Below are positions 29,856 through 39,279 of a stretch of DNA of 64,000 bases, in pieces; positions within the stretch are counted from its first letter, which is position 1; the number at the start of each line of letters is the position of its first letter. Source of the DNA: Bacteriovoracia bacterium. Lineage in GTDB: Bacteria; Bdellovibrionota; UBA1018; CAIPTA01. The stretch lies in assembly GCA_050246755.1 (NCBI GenBank), contig JBFWVL010000001.1:320001-384000 (forward strand), given 5' to 3'. The notes below the pieces were generated by a model. The model saw nothing but the letters and a program-made list of their open reading frames with translations. It had not been told where the DNA came from and did not search any database. The position numbers were made by a program, and so were the translations under genes.

Positions 29856-31226
29856 CTACCCGGCTTTTTTCGCGGCCGCGGCTTTCGCGCGCTGCTGGGC
29901 CAGTAAATGCTGGTGGTACTGCGCGAGCGTCATCCCCGCTTTTACCGCCGCCGCCTGCAAAGCTTGCATCTGCGCCGGGGTTAAATGCGCGAGCCCAGGC
30001 GGAACGGCGGCCGGTGCCGGCTTCGCGGCATGCCCCTGATTCTGGGCCGCACTCAAGGCCAACGCATGGCCCGCGGCTTCCGGTGATCCCTTCAGGGGAA
30101 TTTCTCCACGGAAAGGATTGTAACGCCCGCCGGGGAGGGCAAATTTTTCGATGGGGAAATTGAATCCGTTCACGGCGATTTCGTCGAAGAAGGTAGGAAT
30201 ATTTCCGCAGGGCTGCATCCCGCCGAGGATCTTATGGTCTTCGGCGATCCCGGTCTGCTCGAAACGGAAAATATCCTGGGTCGTATATTTTCCATGCTCG
30301 TCTACGCCAAGAACTTCGGAGATATGGGAAAGCTTACGGGAACCATCGTGGTAGCGCTTCGCCTGGATCACGATGTGCACGGCGCCGGCAATCTGCCGGC
30401 GAAGGGCGGCCAACGGAATCGTGGTATCGCCCATCATCGCGAGGGTTTCCAAGCGAACGAGGCAATCCATCGGGCTGTTACTGTGGGTGGTGCCCATCGA
30501 GCCGCCGTGGCCGGTATTCATTACGGTGATCAAATCGAGAGCCTCGGGCCCGCGCACTTCCCCCACGATGATGCGGTCGGGGCGGAGCCGCATCGCGGAG
30601 CGCACGAGATCGCGGATCGTGAGCGCTCCTTTTCCTTCGTGGTTGGCGGCCTTGGTTTCGAAACATACCACGTGCTCGGCGGTGATCTGCAATTCGGAGG
30701 CGTCTTCCACGATCATCAGGCGCTCGTCTTTGGGCATGAGGCCGCCGAGCAAGTTGAGGATGGTGGTCTTACCAGAGCCGGTACCGCCCGAGACGATGAT
30801 ATTCTTGGCCAGCGAAATGCAAAGCTTGAGGAAGTCGGCGCCGTCGGCGCTCATGGTGCCGAAGGAAATAAATTTGTCGAAAGTGATCTCGGCGGCTTTG
30901 GAGAACTTACGAATGGCCACCGTGGTGCCGGCACGGGCGGCGGGCGGCAATACCGCGTGAATACGCGAGCCATCGGGCAAGCGCGCGTCGAGGGTTGGAT
31001 TTTCTGCGTCGATCTTCCGTTTCACGAACTGCGCGATATTGCGGACCGCGGCCTGCAGGGAAGTTTCGTCATGGAACTTGGCGCCTTCCATGAGCTCGAG
31101 CTTACCTTTACGCTCCACCCAGATTTCGGATGGGCCATTGATCAGCACCTCGCTCACCGTAGGGTCGGCGAGGAAGTCTTTAATCGGAGCGAGGAAGGTC
31201 GCTATACTCTGGTCGAAAACACTCAA
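29856..31226 (-). CDS. tadA: CpaF/TadA-family pilus assembly ATPase
   Basis: DARLPDGSR, GGTGSGKTT, RPDRIIVGEVRG, MNTGH..TTH; Ala/Gln-rich C-terminal tail; TTG start with GAGGTG RBS. Confidence 0.92.
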   Translation of the reverse strand: MSVFDQSIATFLAPIKDFLADPTVSEVLINGPSEIWVERKGKLELMEGAKFHDETSLQAAVRNIAQFVKRKIDAENPTLDARLPDGSRIHAVLPPAARAGTTVAIRKFSKAAEITFDKFISFGTMSADGADFLKLCISLAKNIIVSGGTGSGKTTILNLLGGLMPKDERLMIVEDASELQITAEHVVCFETKAANHEGKGALTIRDLVRSAMRLRPDRIIVGEVRGPEALDLITVMNTGHGGSMGTTHSNSPMDCLVRLETLAMMGDTTIPLAALRRQIAGAVHIVIQAKRYHDGSRKLSHISEVLGVDEHGKYTTQDIFRFEQTGIAEDHKILGGMQPCGNIPTFFDEIAVNGFNFPIEKFALPGGRYNPFRGEIPLKGSPEAAGHALALSAAQNQGHAAKPAPAAVPPGLAHLTPAQMQALQAAAVKAGMTLAQYHQHLLAQQRAKAAAAKKAG

Positions 31227-31256
31227 CGGTCACCTCTTTGGTCGCCTGGCGCTACG

Positions 31257-31685
31257 CTAATCGCGGACAATTACTTGCCCTTCGATTTCCTGCACGGGGC
31301 AGTAAAAACGGTATTGCCCCGGCTTGGTGGGCAGAAAGCTCATCTGCTCCACGGCCTGGTTGGAAATTCCTTTGCGGAGATTGAAATCGTCCATCATGAA
31401 GCAGAGCTTGCGCGCGGAAGCGCTGGTCACGAAAAGTTTCACGGGAATATTTCGGCGCACGAAAATTTTCGCGGGCAGGTAGCCGGTGTCGGTGGCGATG
31501 ATGCCCACTTCTTGCACGCCGTGCTTATACACTTCCTCGGGCTTCACGCTTTCTTCGCGTACGGGCTGCACTTCTTGGGTGGAACCGAGGGCTTCGCGCT
31601 TTTGCGGAACGCCGGAATAATTGCTCTTCGTGGGCGCCGCGCCGGTAAGCGAAACAAATGCGAGTACGGCCAATAAAATTCTCAT
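31257..31685 (-). CDS. secreted cupredoxin-domain protein
   Basis: Signal peptide; GYLP..I.V, PGQYRFYCP; AGGAGG RBS. Confidence 0.8.
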   Translation of the reverse strand: MRILLAVLAFVSLTGAAPTKSNYSGVPQKREALGSTQEVQPVREESVKPEEVYKHGVQEVGIIATDTGYLPAKIFVRRNIPVKLFVTSASARKLCFMMDDFNLRKGISNQAVEQMSFLPTKPGQYRFYCPVQEIEGQVIVRD

Positions 31686-31703
31686 GCGTCCCTCCTAAGC
31701 TAC

Positions 31704-31731
31704 TTATCGGGTTTTTCCTTAATCCTCTCGA
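31704..31731 (-). promoter_or_regulatory. candidate sigma28 promoter
   Basis: TCGA-N16-CCCGATAA on the minus strand. Confidence 0.5.
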
Positions 31732-31779
31732 GGGGTTTGACCGTTTTTCCCCTAGGGCGCAACTATTTGATATTATTGG

Positions 31780-32787
31780 CTAACGGCGCTCATAGCCGCT
31801 GGAGGGAGCCCCGCCATTGCCGATCTGCGACTGGCAGTCCGCCCCGGCCATCACGGCTTCCGTTTGGATCCACTGCCCTTCACTCTCGAATTGCGCGGGC
31901 TCCTTGCGGTTGCACTGAAAAATGAAGATGTCGTCGGCGGGGCAGCCATTCATCGCGGGCACCTTTACCTGGCCGCGGCCGGCCGAAATGAAATCCACCG
32001 GATAGTAATTTCCCTGCACCACGATCTGATTCGGGCAAATATACTGATCGGGTGAATCCGGCGTAATCGGCACGGGATTGGCGGCGGCCTCCGCCTGCGC
32101 GGTCGCAAAAGTGTCGGCGGCCACGCGAGGACTCCGCGAGGAAGCAATGCTCCGCGCCGAGGCTTGCTCGGGCGTGAGGCACTCGGTATTGGCCCAAACG
32201 CCGCCACCGCGCTCGCAGGTGACATTCTGCGAAAGCTGAATGGGCGGACTAAATAAACCTACTTTTTCCCATTCGAGCGGCGCCTTGGTGGCCCCGTCGT
32301 TGAACGTAACCCTCACCTTCACGTGCATGCTCTTGGTATTTTCGCAGCGCCCGCCGGCCGCGCAAACCGGCTCCCAGCTGGCTTCCACGCGCAGCGGACA
32401 AGCGGCGCTCGGAAATCCGCGGCAGCCGAATCCATCCGCGGTCAGCCCCGAATCCAGACCGATTTGGCTGAGCGGCTGGGCCGAAGCCTCGCCCGTTTCA
32501 TAGAGTAAAAAGTTCGTTCCTTTGCCGGAACAATCGCCGAGCGCGGAGAAGAGACAAGAAAAAGAGTTTCCGTTGCGCGGCACGCTCACGCTCACTGCTT
32601 CCGGAGTGCTGAGCGCCTTCTCCGCCTGCTCACGCAGGCGATCAAACATTTCCTCCGGACGAACCGCCGCCACTTTGGGCCCCGAAGCACTCGAAGCAAT
32701 ATAATAGAGCCCGCCTATCAGGGCGCAGGCGCCTAAAGCCAGTACGGCCAGAATCGCAAAACTGCCGTTTTCACGACGAGAAGTCAT
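31780..32787 (-). CDS. Cys-rich membrane-anchored protein with a pilin-like N-terminus
   Basis: MTSRRENG/SFAILAVLALG (basic leader, Gly, hydrophobic helix); about 12 Cys. Confidence 0.75.
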   Translation of the reverse strand: MTSRRENGSFAILAVLALGACALIGGLYYIASSASGPKVAAVRPEEMFDRLREQAEKALSTPEAVSVSVPRNGNSFSCLFSALGDCSGKGTNFLLYETGEASAQPLSQIGLDSGLTADGFGCRGFPSAACPLRVEASWEPVCAAGGRCENTKSMHVKVRVTFNDGATKAPLEWEKVGLFSPPIQLSQNVTCERGGGVWANTECLTPEQASARSIASSRSPRVAADTFATAQAEAAANPVPITPDSPDQYICPNQIVVQGNYYPVDFISAGRGQVKVPAMNGCPADDIFIFQCNRKEPAQFESEGQWIQTEAVMAGADCQSQIGNGGAPSSGYERR

Positions 32788-32794
32788 GCCTAAC

Positions 32795-32822
32795 TCATCG
32801 GAAGCGTTTAAGGGAAAATTTA
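32795..32822 (-). promoter_or_regulatory. candidate sigma28 promoter (leaderless)
   Basis: TAAA-N16-TCCGATGA, then 7 nt to the ATG. Confidence 0.55.
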
Positions 32823-33395
32823 GGGTTGTTGCACTGGGAAGACGGTCTCGAAAATCCCGAACGGGCCGGGAGGCGGCTTATCGCCCGACTCTACGGGCAA
32901 CGGGATAGGAGGAATGGGGGCAATAGGACCGATAGACTCGGGATTTGCGGGAACAGCGGTATCAGGCGCTTCCACCGGAGCATCCTCATTATAGATCTTC
33001 GAAGCGTTTTGGTCGATGCAGGTGGCGAGCGAAACGAAATACTTATTGGAAACGTAGATACGGTATGGACTCAAAACATCCCGGAGGCGGCGTACCGGCG
33101 CAAAGGTGCAGGTAACCGGGTGGTGCTTGCCCGACTGCAGATCCGGGTGCCCGTTCGCGTCGTATTTAGTGTAGGTGAGCATGTCTAAATCGAGCGTGCA
33201 GGTTTTATTTTCGCAGTGAAATTTTTTGAAATCGTAGCCAATATCCCCTTCGCACCAAGTATTATTGCAAGCCTCTTGGATGCCTTCAAGCACGCGGCGC
33301 TCCTGGGCGGGCGTGAATAGAGAGCGAGTGCGGGCCGCGCCGGCTTCCGCCATCCCACCTACCGCGAGAGCAAAAAGGAAAATACTGATTCTCAT
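32820..33395 (-). CDS. secreted Cys-containing hypothetical protein with a Pro-rich tail
   Basis: Signal peptide; C.NTWCEGD motif. Confidence 0.75.
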   Translation of the reverse strand: MRISIFLFALAVGGMAEAGAARTRSLFTPAQERRVLEGIQEACNNTWCEGDIGYDFKKFHCENKTCTLDLDMLTYTKYDANGHPDLQSGKHHPVTCTFAPVRRLRDVLSPYRIYVSNKYFVSLATCIDQNASKIYNEDAPVEAPDTAVPANPESIGPIAPIPPIPLPVESGDKPPPGPFGIFETVFPVQQP

Positions 33396-33402
33396 TACCG
33401 TC

Positions 33403-33430
33403 CTATCGACACCTAAAGCCCCGAACTTTA
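33403..33430 (-). promoter_or_regulatory. candidate sigma28 promoter (leaderless)
   Basis: TAAA-N16-GTCGATAG (the -35 extends as TAAAGTT), then 7 nt to the ATG. Confidence 0.6.
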
Positions 33431-33505
33431 CAGAGAGGAAATAGGCGGTTTTTTAAACGGTAGAGGGTGGAGAATGACGCACCTCTTAACTAAAGGTGCC
33501 TGACA

Positions 33506-34276
33506 CTATTTAGCGAGAAACTCCACCTTACCCAATTGATCGAACGTGGCACTCACCGTATCGCCCGCACGAAAAGCCACGGCCGCGGTGGCGCCGCCCG
33601 CGAGCACGATGGATCCGGCCGGCAAAGATTCGCCCATGGCGCCCAGTAGCTTCACGAGCTCCAGCAGCGAAAGCAGGGGATTCCCCAGAATGGCGGCCGA
33701 AGACCCCTTTTGCGCGGCCGCTCCATTTTTTTCGAGCGTGATACCGATATTTTTTAGTTCGAGTTCCCCCGGTTTTTTCCTTACCGTACCGAGCACGAAG
33801 GCCGAGGAGGAGCAGTTGTCGGCCACCACGTCGGGCAGGGCGAAATCAAAATTCTCGAAACGAGAATCAATCACTTCGATCGCCCCGCATACGCTCTCGA
33901 TCGCCGCAATGGCTTCGGCTTCGGAAGGATTGCCATGCAGCTCTTTACCCATCACGAAGGCAATCTCGGGTTCGGCCTTAGGATGAATTCTTCTTCCGAG
34001 CGTGAGCGTCGCGCCGCTCGCTATTTGCATGCGGTCGGTGAGGAAGCCGTGGATAGGGCTATCAATTCCCATTTGCTCCATCTTGGGCTTGGAGGTCATT
34101 CCCATCTTGCGGCCAACGATCCGCGCGCCGCCTTTGAGGTGAAGGGCCATGAGCAAGCGCTGCACTTCGTAGCCCTGACCGAGCGAAAAACTCGGCTCTT
34201 CCACCGTAAACTTAATTACGGACTTTCCCGTTTGCTCCGCCGCGAACAATATTCCCGCGATTTCTTGCGCCTTCAT
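33506..34276 (-). CDS. dmpH: 4-oxalocrotonate (2-oxo-3-hexenedioate) decarboxylase
   Basis: FAH family; KMGMTSKPKMEQMG, IHPKAEPEIAF, EVIDSRF, DVVADNCSS. Confidence 0.85.
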   Translation of the reverse strand: MKAQEIAGILFAAEQTGKSVIKFTVEEPSFSLGQGYEVQRLLMALHLKGGARIVGRKMGMTSKPKMEQMGIDSPIHGFLTDRMQIASGATLTLGRRIHPKAEPEIAFVMGKELHGNPSEAEAIAAIESVCGAIEVIDSRFENFDFALPDVVADNCSSSAFVLGTVRKKPGELELKNIGITLEKNGAAAQKGSSAAILGNPLLSLLELVKLLGAMGESLPAGSIVLAGGATAAVAFRAGDTVSATFDQLGKVEFLAK

Positions 34277-34277
34277 T

Positions 34278-35057
34278 CTATTCTCCAAAAAAACAGTGCA
34301 CGTTTCCGAGACCAGCGATTTCCACGTCTACCCTATCGCCCGCCTTCACCGGCATCACCGGCCCAAAGGCGCCGGAAAGAATCACTTCACCGGCTTTCAG
34401 TGCCACCCCGAATTTTCCGAGCGCATTCGCAAGCCAGGCCACCGCCAGGCAAGGGTGATCGAGGCAAGCCGCGCCGGTGCCGGTGGAAAGAATTTCCCCG
34501 TTAATTTTCAGGCTCATCTTGGCGAGGGTTAAATCCAGGGAGGAAAGCGAATGCTTTTCCGTGCCCAGCACAAAGTGCGAAGAAGAGGCGTTGTCGGCGA
34601 TCGTGTCCTGGATCTTGATTTTCCAGTCGCGCACGCGGGAATCAATGATCTCGATCGAGGGAAGAATATAGTCCGTTGCGTGGATCACATCCTGCATCGT
34701 TATGCCGGGGCCTATCAAGTCGCTCTTGAGCACGAAGGCCACCTCGCCCTCCACCCGGGGCAAAAGGAGCTTGGCGCGGGAAAGGCTTCCGCCCGAGGAA
34801 ATCTTCATGTCGGAAGTGAGGTAGCCGAAATCGGGCTCTTCCACGCCCAATTGTTTCTGCACTGCCCTAGAAGTAAGGCCGATTTTCTTCCCCACGAGGG
34901 TCAGGCCTTCTTGCTCGAGGCGGCGCTTGAGGTTAATCTCGGACACGGAGTAGGCGTTGCCGATCGTGATTCCGGGAAACTGGGCGGTGAGCGGTTCCAC
35001 CGGCGAGGCCGAGAGGCGGGCCTGAAAAAGGGCGTCAGCTAAGGAAGTAAGATTCAT
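34278..35057 (-). CDS. mhpD: 2-oxopent-4-enoate (2-keto-4-pentenoate) hydratase
   Basis: GKKIGLTS.AVQKQLGV.EPDFG, EIIDSR, DTIADNAS, AVAWLAN. Confidence 0.9.
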   Translation of the reverse strand: MNLTSLADALFQARLSASPVEPLTAQFPGITIGNAYSVSEINLKRRLEQEGLTLVGKKIGLTSRAVQKQLGVEEPDFGYLTSDMKISSGGSLSRAKLLLPRVEGEVAFVLKSDLIGPGITMQDVIHATDYILPSIEIIDSRVRDWKIKIQDTIADNASSSHFVLGTEKHSLSSLDLTLAKMSLKINGEILSTGTGAACLDHPCLAVAWLANALGKFGVALKAGEVILSGAFGPVMPVKAGDRVDVEIAGLGNVHCFFGE

Positions 35058-35107
35058 CTTCCCCCACTCTAGTGTCAGGCCAGCGTGATTTCAAGAAGGG
35101 ATACTCG

Positions 35108-35977
35108 ATGTCGAAATACGACAACTTGGAGCTGAAAGAACTGAACTATAACTCCTACCTCAAGGTGCCCGAATTGCTCGGCCTCCAAAAAGAGCTTTCC
35201 GACCCCGCCCACCACGACGAAATGTTCTTCATCATCATCCACCAGGCCGCCGAGCTCTGGTTCAAGCAAATGCGCCACGAAACGGCTGGCCTCATCGAGG
35301 ATTTCCGCGCCAATTCCGTTTCCCGGGCCTTGAAAAAATTCCGTCGCCTCGTGGGCATTATGGATCTGATGGTGAAGCAGATCAATTTGCTAAACACCCT
35401 CACACCCGTGGAGTTCGCGGGCTTCCGCGATAACCTCCGCCCCGCTTCCGGCTTCCAGTCCATCCAGTTCCGCGTGATCGAGTTCGCCTATGGCATCCGC
35501 GAAGCTTTTTTCCTGGAATTTTTCGCCAAAGAAAAATCCATGCAGAGCCAGCTGCAAGACCTACTCAAAGAACCGAGCGTGCACGATGAGTTCGTGCGCC
35601 TGCTAAGCCGCTCCGGCTTCAAGATTCCGGAGTCCCTACTGAATCGCGACGTGAGCCTGCCGTGGACCGAATCTCCCGAGCTCATCGCCACGATCAAGAC
35701 GATCTACGAGAATCCCCAGGAAAATTACCATTGGGTTCTGCTCTTCGAGACCATGCTCGACTTCGACGAAAAATTCGCCGTCTGGCGCTCCGTGCATATG
35801 CTCATGGTGGCGCGCACGATCGGCATGAAGGCCGGCACCGGCGGCAGCTCGGGCCACGCCTTCCTCGCAGGCCGCGCTGGCCTGAGATTCTTCCCCGAGC
35901 TCTGGAGCGTGCGCACGGAAGTGGGCGGCGGATACGGGAATGCCGGGGCGGCCACTCCCGGGAAATGCCCGGTTTAA
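35108..35977 (+). CDS. kynA: tryptophan 2,3-dioxygenase
   Basis: Y.SYL, HDEMFFIIIHQAAELWFKQ, FR..L.PASGFQS.QFR, GTGGSSG. Confidence 0.96.
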   Translation: MSKYDNLELKELNYNSYLKVPELLGLQKELSDPAHHDEMFFIIIHQAAELWFKQMRHETAGLIEDFRANSVSRALKKFRRLVGIMDLMVKQINLLNTLTPVEFAGFRDNLRPASGFQSIQFRVIEFAYGIREAFFLEFFAKEKSMQSQLQDLLKEPSVHDEFVRLLSRSGFKIPESLLNRDVSLPWTESPELIATIKTIYENPQENYHWVLLFETMLDFDEKFAVWRSVHMLMVARTIGMKAGTGGSSGHAFLAGRAGLRFFPELWSVRTEVGGGYGNAGAATPGKCPV

Positions 35978-35981
35978 TAGC

Positions 35982-37166
35982 ATGCGCTTCGACGTTTTCT
36001 TCTCCATCTGCCAAACTCCCGTGAACGGCTATACGCCCTCGGAACGCGTGATGTTCGAGAATTTTTTCTCCCAGGCCGAGCTCGCCGATCAACTCGGCGT
36101 GGGCACCGCCTGGGTGGCCGAAACCCACCTCTCCTGCCAGACCCAAAAAGAAAATCCCGGCGCGGTGGTGCCCCACTTCGAGGGCGAGATCGGCCTCAAT
36201 ACCGACGTGCTCCAGGTGGCGCACCGCTTATTCGCGCGCACGAAAAAAATCCATATCGGCTCCGCCATCCGCAATATCCAGTGCAATGGCGGCCCTATCG
36301 CCCACGCCGAAGCGATCCGCATGTTTCTCTCGCTCCACGCGCTCAATCCCGGCGAGAAACGCCTTCTCGATATCGGCTTCGCTTCCGGCCGCTTTCCTTT
36401 TTCCAATACGCCCTACGGCATCCGCCCCCGCAATGAACTGGAGAAAGCCGCCTGGCCCGTGCTCAAGGGAAAGATCTTCCAGGAAGCCACCGAAATTTTC
36501 CTGCGTCTCCTCAAGGGAGAGAAGCTCGCCTCGAAGGATATTTCACCTAAAATCCTCGAGCGCAAAAATTTCCGCAGTGAGGAGGAATGGGAAAAAATCG
36601 CCAAGCTCGCCGGCGGTGCCGACAAAATCGAAGTCCCCGCTTTCTGGAATTTCGATAAAGTGGGCGTGATTCCCTTCGAAGCCCCCATGGATCTGCTGAA
36701 GCTCACCATCGGTTGCCACGATCTCGAAACCCAGATCTTCGCCAATAAATTCCTGCCCTGCGGAGTATTCAACCTCTCGATCACCCCCGCTCCCCAGATC
36801 GAAGCCACGCACCAGGCGATGCAAAAAAGCTTTCACCCCGCGGGTGGCCGTTGGACCCGCGCCCATATGCCCCGCACGGTGCTCGTATTCCTGGATAAAA
36901 ATCGCGAGAAGGCCCGTGCACGTGCCCAGGGCGCGATGGAGAATTACTGGAAAGCCATCGAGGGAACCCTTGATCCCGAGAAGATTCGCAATGCCGTGGA
37001 CAATGCCCTCGTGGGCGACGCGGCCGAAATCAAGGCGGAGCTGGAAACGCGCTTCCACCGCGACGATCGCCTCATGCTCTGGTTCGATTTCAATAACCAC
37101 GACAACGAGGAAGTGCGCTCTTCCATGCGGGAATTCATGGAAAAAGTGGCGCCGAGCCTACAGTAA
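35982..37166 (+). CDS. luciferase-like (LLM-class) flavin-dependent monooxygenase
   Basis: MRFDVF, QAELADQLG..TAWVAETH, TKKIHIGSAI, RLLDIGFASG, C-terminal M..F.EKVAP; starts 4 bp after kynA. Confidence 0.85.
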   Translation: MRFDVFFSICQTPVNGYTPSERVMFENFFSQAELADQLGVGTAWVAETHLSCQTQKENPGAVVPHFEGEIGLNTDVLQVAHRLFARTKKIHIGSAIRNIQCNGGPIAHAEAIRMFLSLHALNPGEKRLLDIGFASGRFPFSNTPYGIRPRNELEKAAWPVLKGKIFQEATEIFLRLLKGEKLASKDISPKILERKNFRSEEEWEKIAKLAGGADKIEVPAFWNFDKVGVIPFEAPMDLLKLTIGCHDLETQIFANKFLPCGVFNLSITPAPQIEATHQAMQKSFHPAGGRWTRAHMPRTVLVFLDKNREKARARAQGAMENYWKAIEGTLDPEKIRNAVDNALVGDAAEIKAELETRFHRDDRLMLWFDFNNHDNEEVRSSMREFMEKVAPSLQ

Positions 37167-37456
37167 TTTTTATTTATATCAAACAAGCATAACTCCTCTC
37201 ACTCACCCTCAAAAAAATCGCTTTCATTGCCTGACATTTCCTGAAATTTAAATGGGAACTTTTTCTCATGCGGCGCGGCAGTGTTGATTTTATAGAGAAA
37301 TTTTCCACGCACTTCGAAGGAGATCCCGCTCTAAATTCATTTTATGAATAGTAACTTTCATCCAGCGCGTCACATCTAAATGGAATCCTAACCGAATTTT
37401 TCTTCACAAAAAGATCGCGCTCGCAGAGGATTACTTCATTCCAGGGGGGAATATTC

Positions 37457-38155
37457 ATGACGAAAAATTGGATCTACTCGCTAAGTCTAGTTCTAGCTCT
37501 CACCGCAAACCTTGCTCTAGCCGGCGGCGCTGCCGTATCGGACCGCCTCAAATGCAATAAGGCGACCGAACTTCCCGTCAACGCAAGCGTAGACCGCGTG
37601 GTAGACGGCGACACCGTGATCATCCGCGTCCCCACCGGCACCTACTCGGTGCGCATGATGGGCATCGATACCCCCGAAACTCACTTCATGGGCAAGAGCC
37701 AGGGCGAATGGGGCGATAAAGCCGCCGAACTCCTCTCCGACCTACTCCCCGTAGGCACCAAGGTTCGCCTCGAGTACACCGCGGAATCCTGCGATGCGCA
37801 CGGGCGCCTGCTCGCCCACGTATTCAAAGGCAAGCTGCACACGAATGCCGAAATGGTGAAGCAAGGCCTCGCCGCCAACTATTGCGTAGCCCCCAGCTTC
37901 GAGTATTGCCGCGAAATCGGAAACCACGTGGCCAACGCCATTAAATACCGCCTGGGTATGTTCGCCGACTCCAACGCCGAGCTTCCCTATGATTTCCGCC
38001 GCCGCATTGGTGGCAACGAGCAGCGCTCTTTCGTGGGCAATCTCTCCACGAAAGAAGTTCTTACTCCCGGCCACCAAGATGACGTTCCGGTTGCCGAACG
38101 CGTATTCTTCTATCGCCAGAGCGACGTGAAGGCCCCCTACTTCATCGCGAAATAA
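37457..38155 (+). CDS. secreted thermonuclease (SNase family)
   Basis: Signal peptide; VVDGDT, VRMMGIDTPE, DAHGRLLA, N.EMV..GLA. Confidence 0.92.
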   Translation: MTKNWIYSLSLVLALTANLALAGGAAVSDRLKCNKATELPVNASVDRVVDGDTVIIRVPTGTYSVRMMGIDTPETHFMGKSQGEWGDKAAELLSDLLPVGTKVRLEYTAESCDAHGRLLAHVFKGKLHTNAEMVKQGLAANYCVAPSFEYCREIGNHVANAIKYRLGMFADSNAELPYDFRRRIGGNEQRSFVGNLSTKEVLTPGHQDDVPVAERVFFYRQSDVKAPYFIAK

Positions 38156-38172
38156 ATCCTTGGGTTTCTTAC

Positions 38173-38201
38173 GCCTCTGCCTTCACGGGCAGGGGCTTTT
38201 T
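38173..38201 (+). terminator. intrinsic terminator
   Basis: GCCTCTGCC-TTCACG-GGCAGGGGC followed by TTTTT. Confidence 0.8.
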
Positions 38202-38247
38202 CATTTTATGCATCTCGTCATGCCTCGCTCCATGGAATAGTGCCTCC

Positions 38248-39279
38248 ATGAGCGACCACGCTTACTCGCAAAACCAATGGGTGCCTCTCGTGGACTACCG
38301 TCGCAATGGAGTGGCTGAATGCACCATCCACGGCTCCATTGCCTGGGTTTCGGGAACCAAGCTCGTGCACGCCTTTGGCGGGGAAGTGCTCTGCTATGGC
38401 CGCTCGATGATGAAGCCCTATATGGTGAAGGTTTTCGCCAAAGAGCTCGAGGATATGAGCTGGGAACAGAAAGCCATCTCGGTGGCCTCCCATAACGGCG
38501 ACACCGAACATATCCGCGTAGTCAGCTCCGTACTTTCCGAAAGCGAGCTCGGCCTCGTGCAAACCCCGCTCGCGCTGCCGCTGATGCAATTCGGCCAGCA
38601 GCGCCGCCGCCCGCGCCGCCTCTATCATTCCTGCTCCGGCGAACACGCCGCCATCCTCCGTGGCTGCCGCGTGAAGGGCTGGAGCCGCGTTGGCTATGTG
38701 TGGCCTCACCACGAATTTTTCCTCGCCTACCTCGCCCAGGTTCGCACCGTGCTCGGCGCCGATTGGGAACCCAAAGTGATCGCCAAAGACGGTTGCGGAT
38801 TACCCACGATTTCCATGACTACCGTGGAGATGGCGCGACTTATGGCCGATCTCGTAACGAAGAGAAACGACGATTGGGTTTGGGACGCGATGGTGAAGCA
38901 CCCGGATCTCGTGGGCGGCTTCAACCGCCTCGATTCCACGATCATGAAATCCTGCGAAGGCCGCGTGATTGCCAAAGAAGGCGCCGACGGCTTGCTCGGG
39001 CTCGCAATCGAGCACCCGGACTATCCTGATGGCCTCGGGGTAGTGATCAAGATCGCCCACGGCTGGGACATGCGCGCCACCTGGTACGTAGCCCGCTACG
39101 TGCTCGGCGTTTTGGGTTTTGATTTCCGCAATCCCTACCCGCTCGAGCGGCAAAAAGCTTTTCTGGTAGAGGATTGCATCCCGCCGGCGCTAAGGCCCAA
39201 GATGGATTCGATTCAGCCCTGGGACGACTGGGATCCGGATAGAGACCGCTGGAATTTTGATTACCGGGAGTTCACTTGA
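38248..39279 (+). CDS. asparaginase II (Rhizobium AnsA-type) family amidohydrolase, variant
   Basis: RSMMKP, ASHNG, SCSGEH (canonical NCSGKH), DGCGLP, AKEGADG. Confidence 0.85.
   Translation: MSDHAYSQNQWVPLVDYRRNGVAECTIHGSIAWVSGTKLVHAFGGEVLCYGRSMMKPYMVKVFAKELEDMSWEQKAISVASHNGDTEHIRVVSSVLSESELGLVQTPLALPLMQFGQQRRRPRRLYHSCSGEHAAILRGCRVKGWSRVGYVWPHHEFFLAYLAQVRTVLGADWEPKVIAKDGCGLPTISMTTVEMARLMADLVTKRNDDWVWDAMVKHPDLVGGFNRLDSTIMKSCEGRVIAKEGADGLLGLAIEHPDYPDGLGVVIKIAHGWDMRATWYVARYVLGVLGFDFRNPYPLERQKAFLVEDCIPPALRPKMDSIQPWDDWDPDRDRWNFDYREFT

Noticed and set aside
30234-31676. 480-aa plus-strand ORF
   Set aside because: It is an antisense shadow of tadA and the cupredoxin gene.
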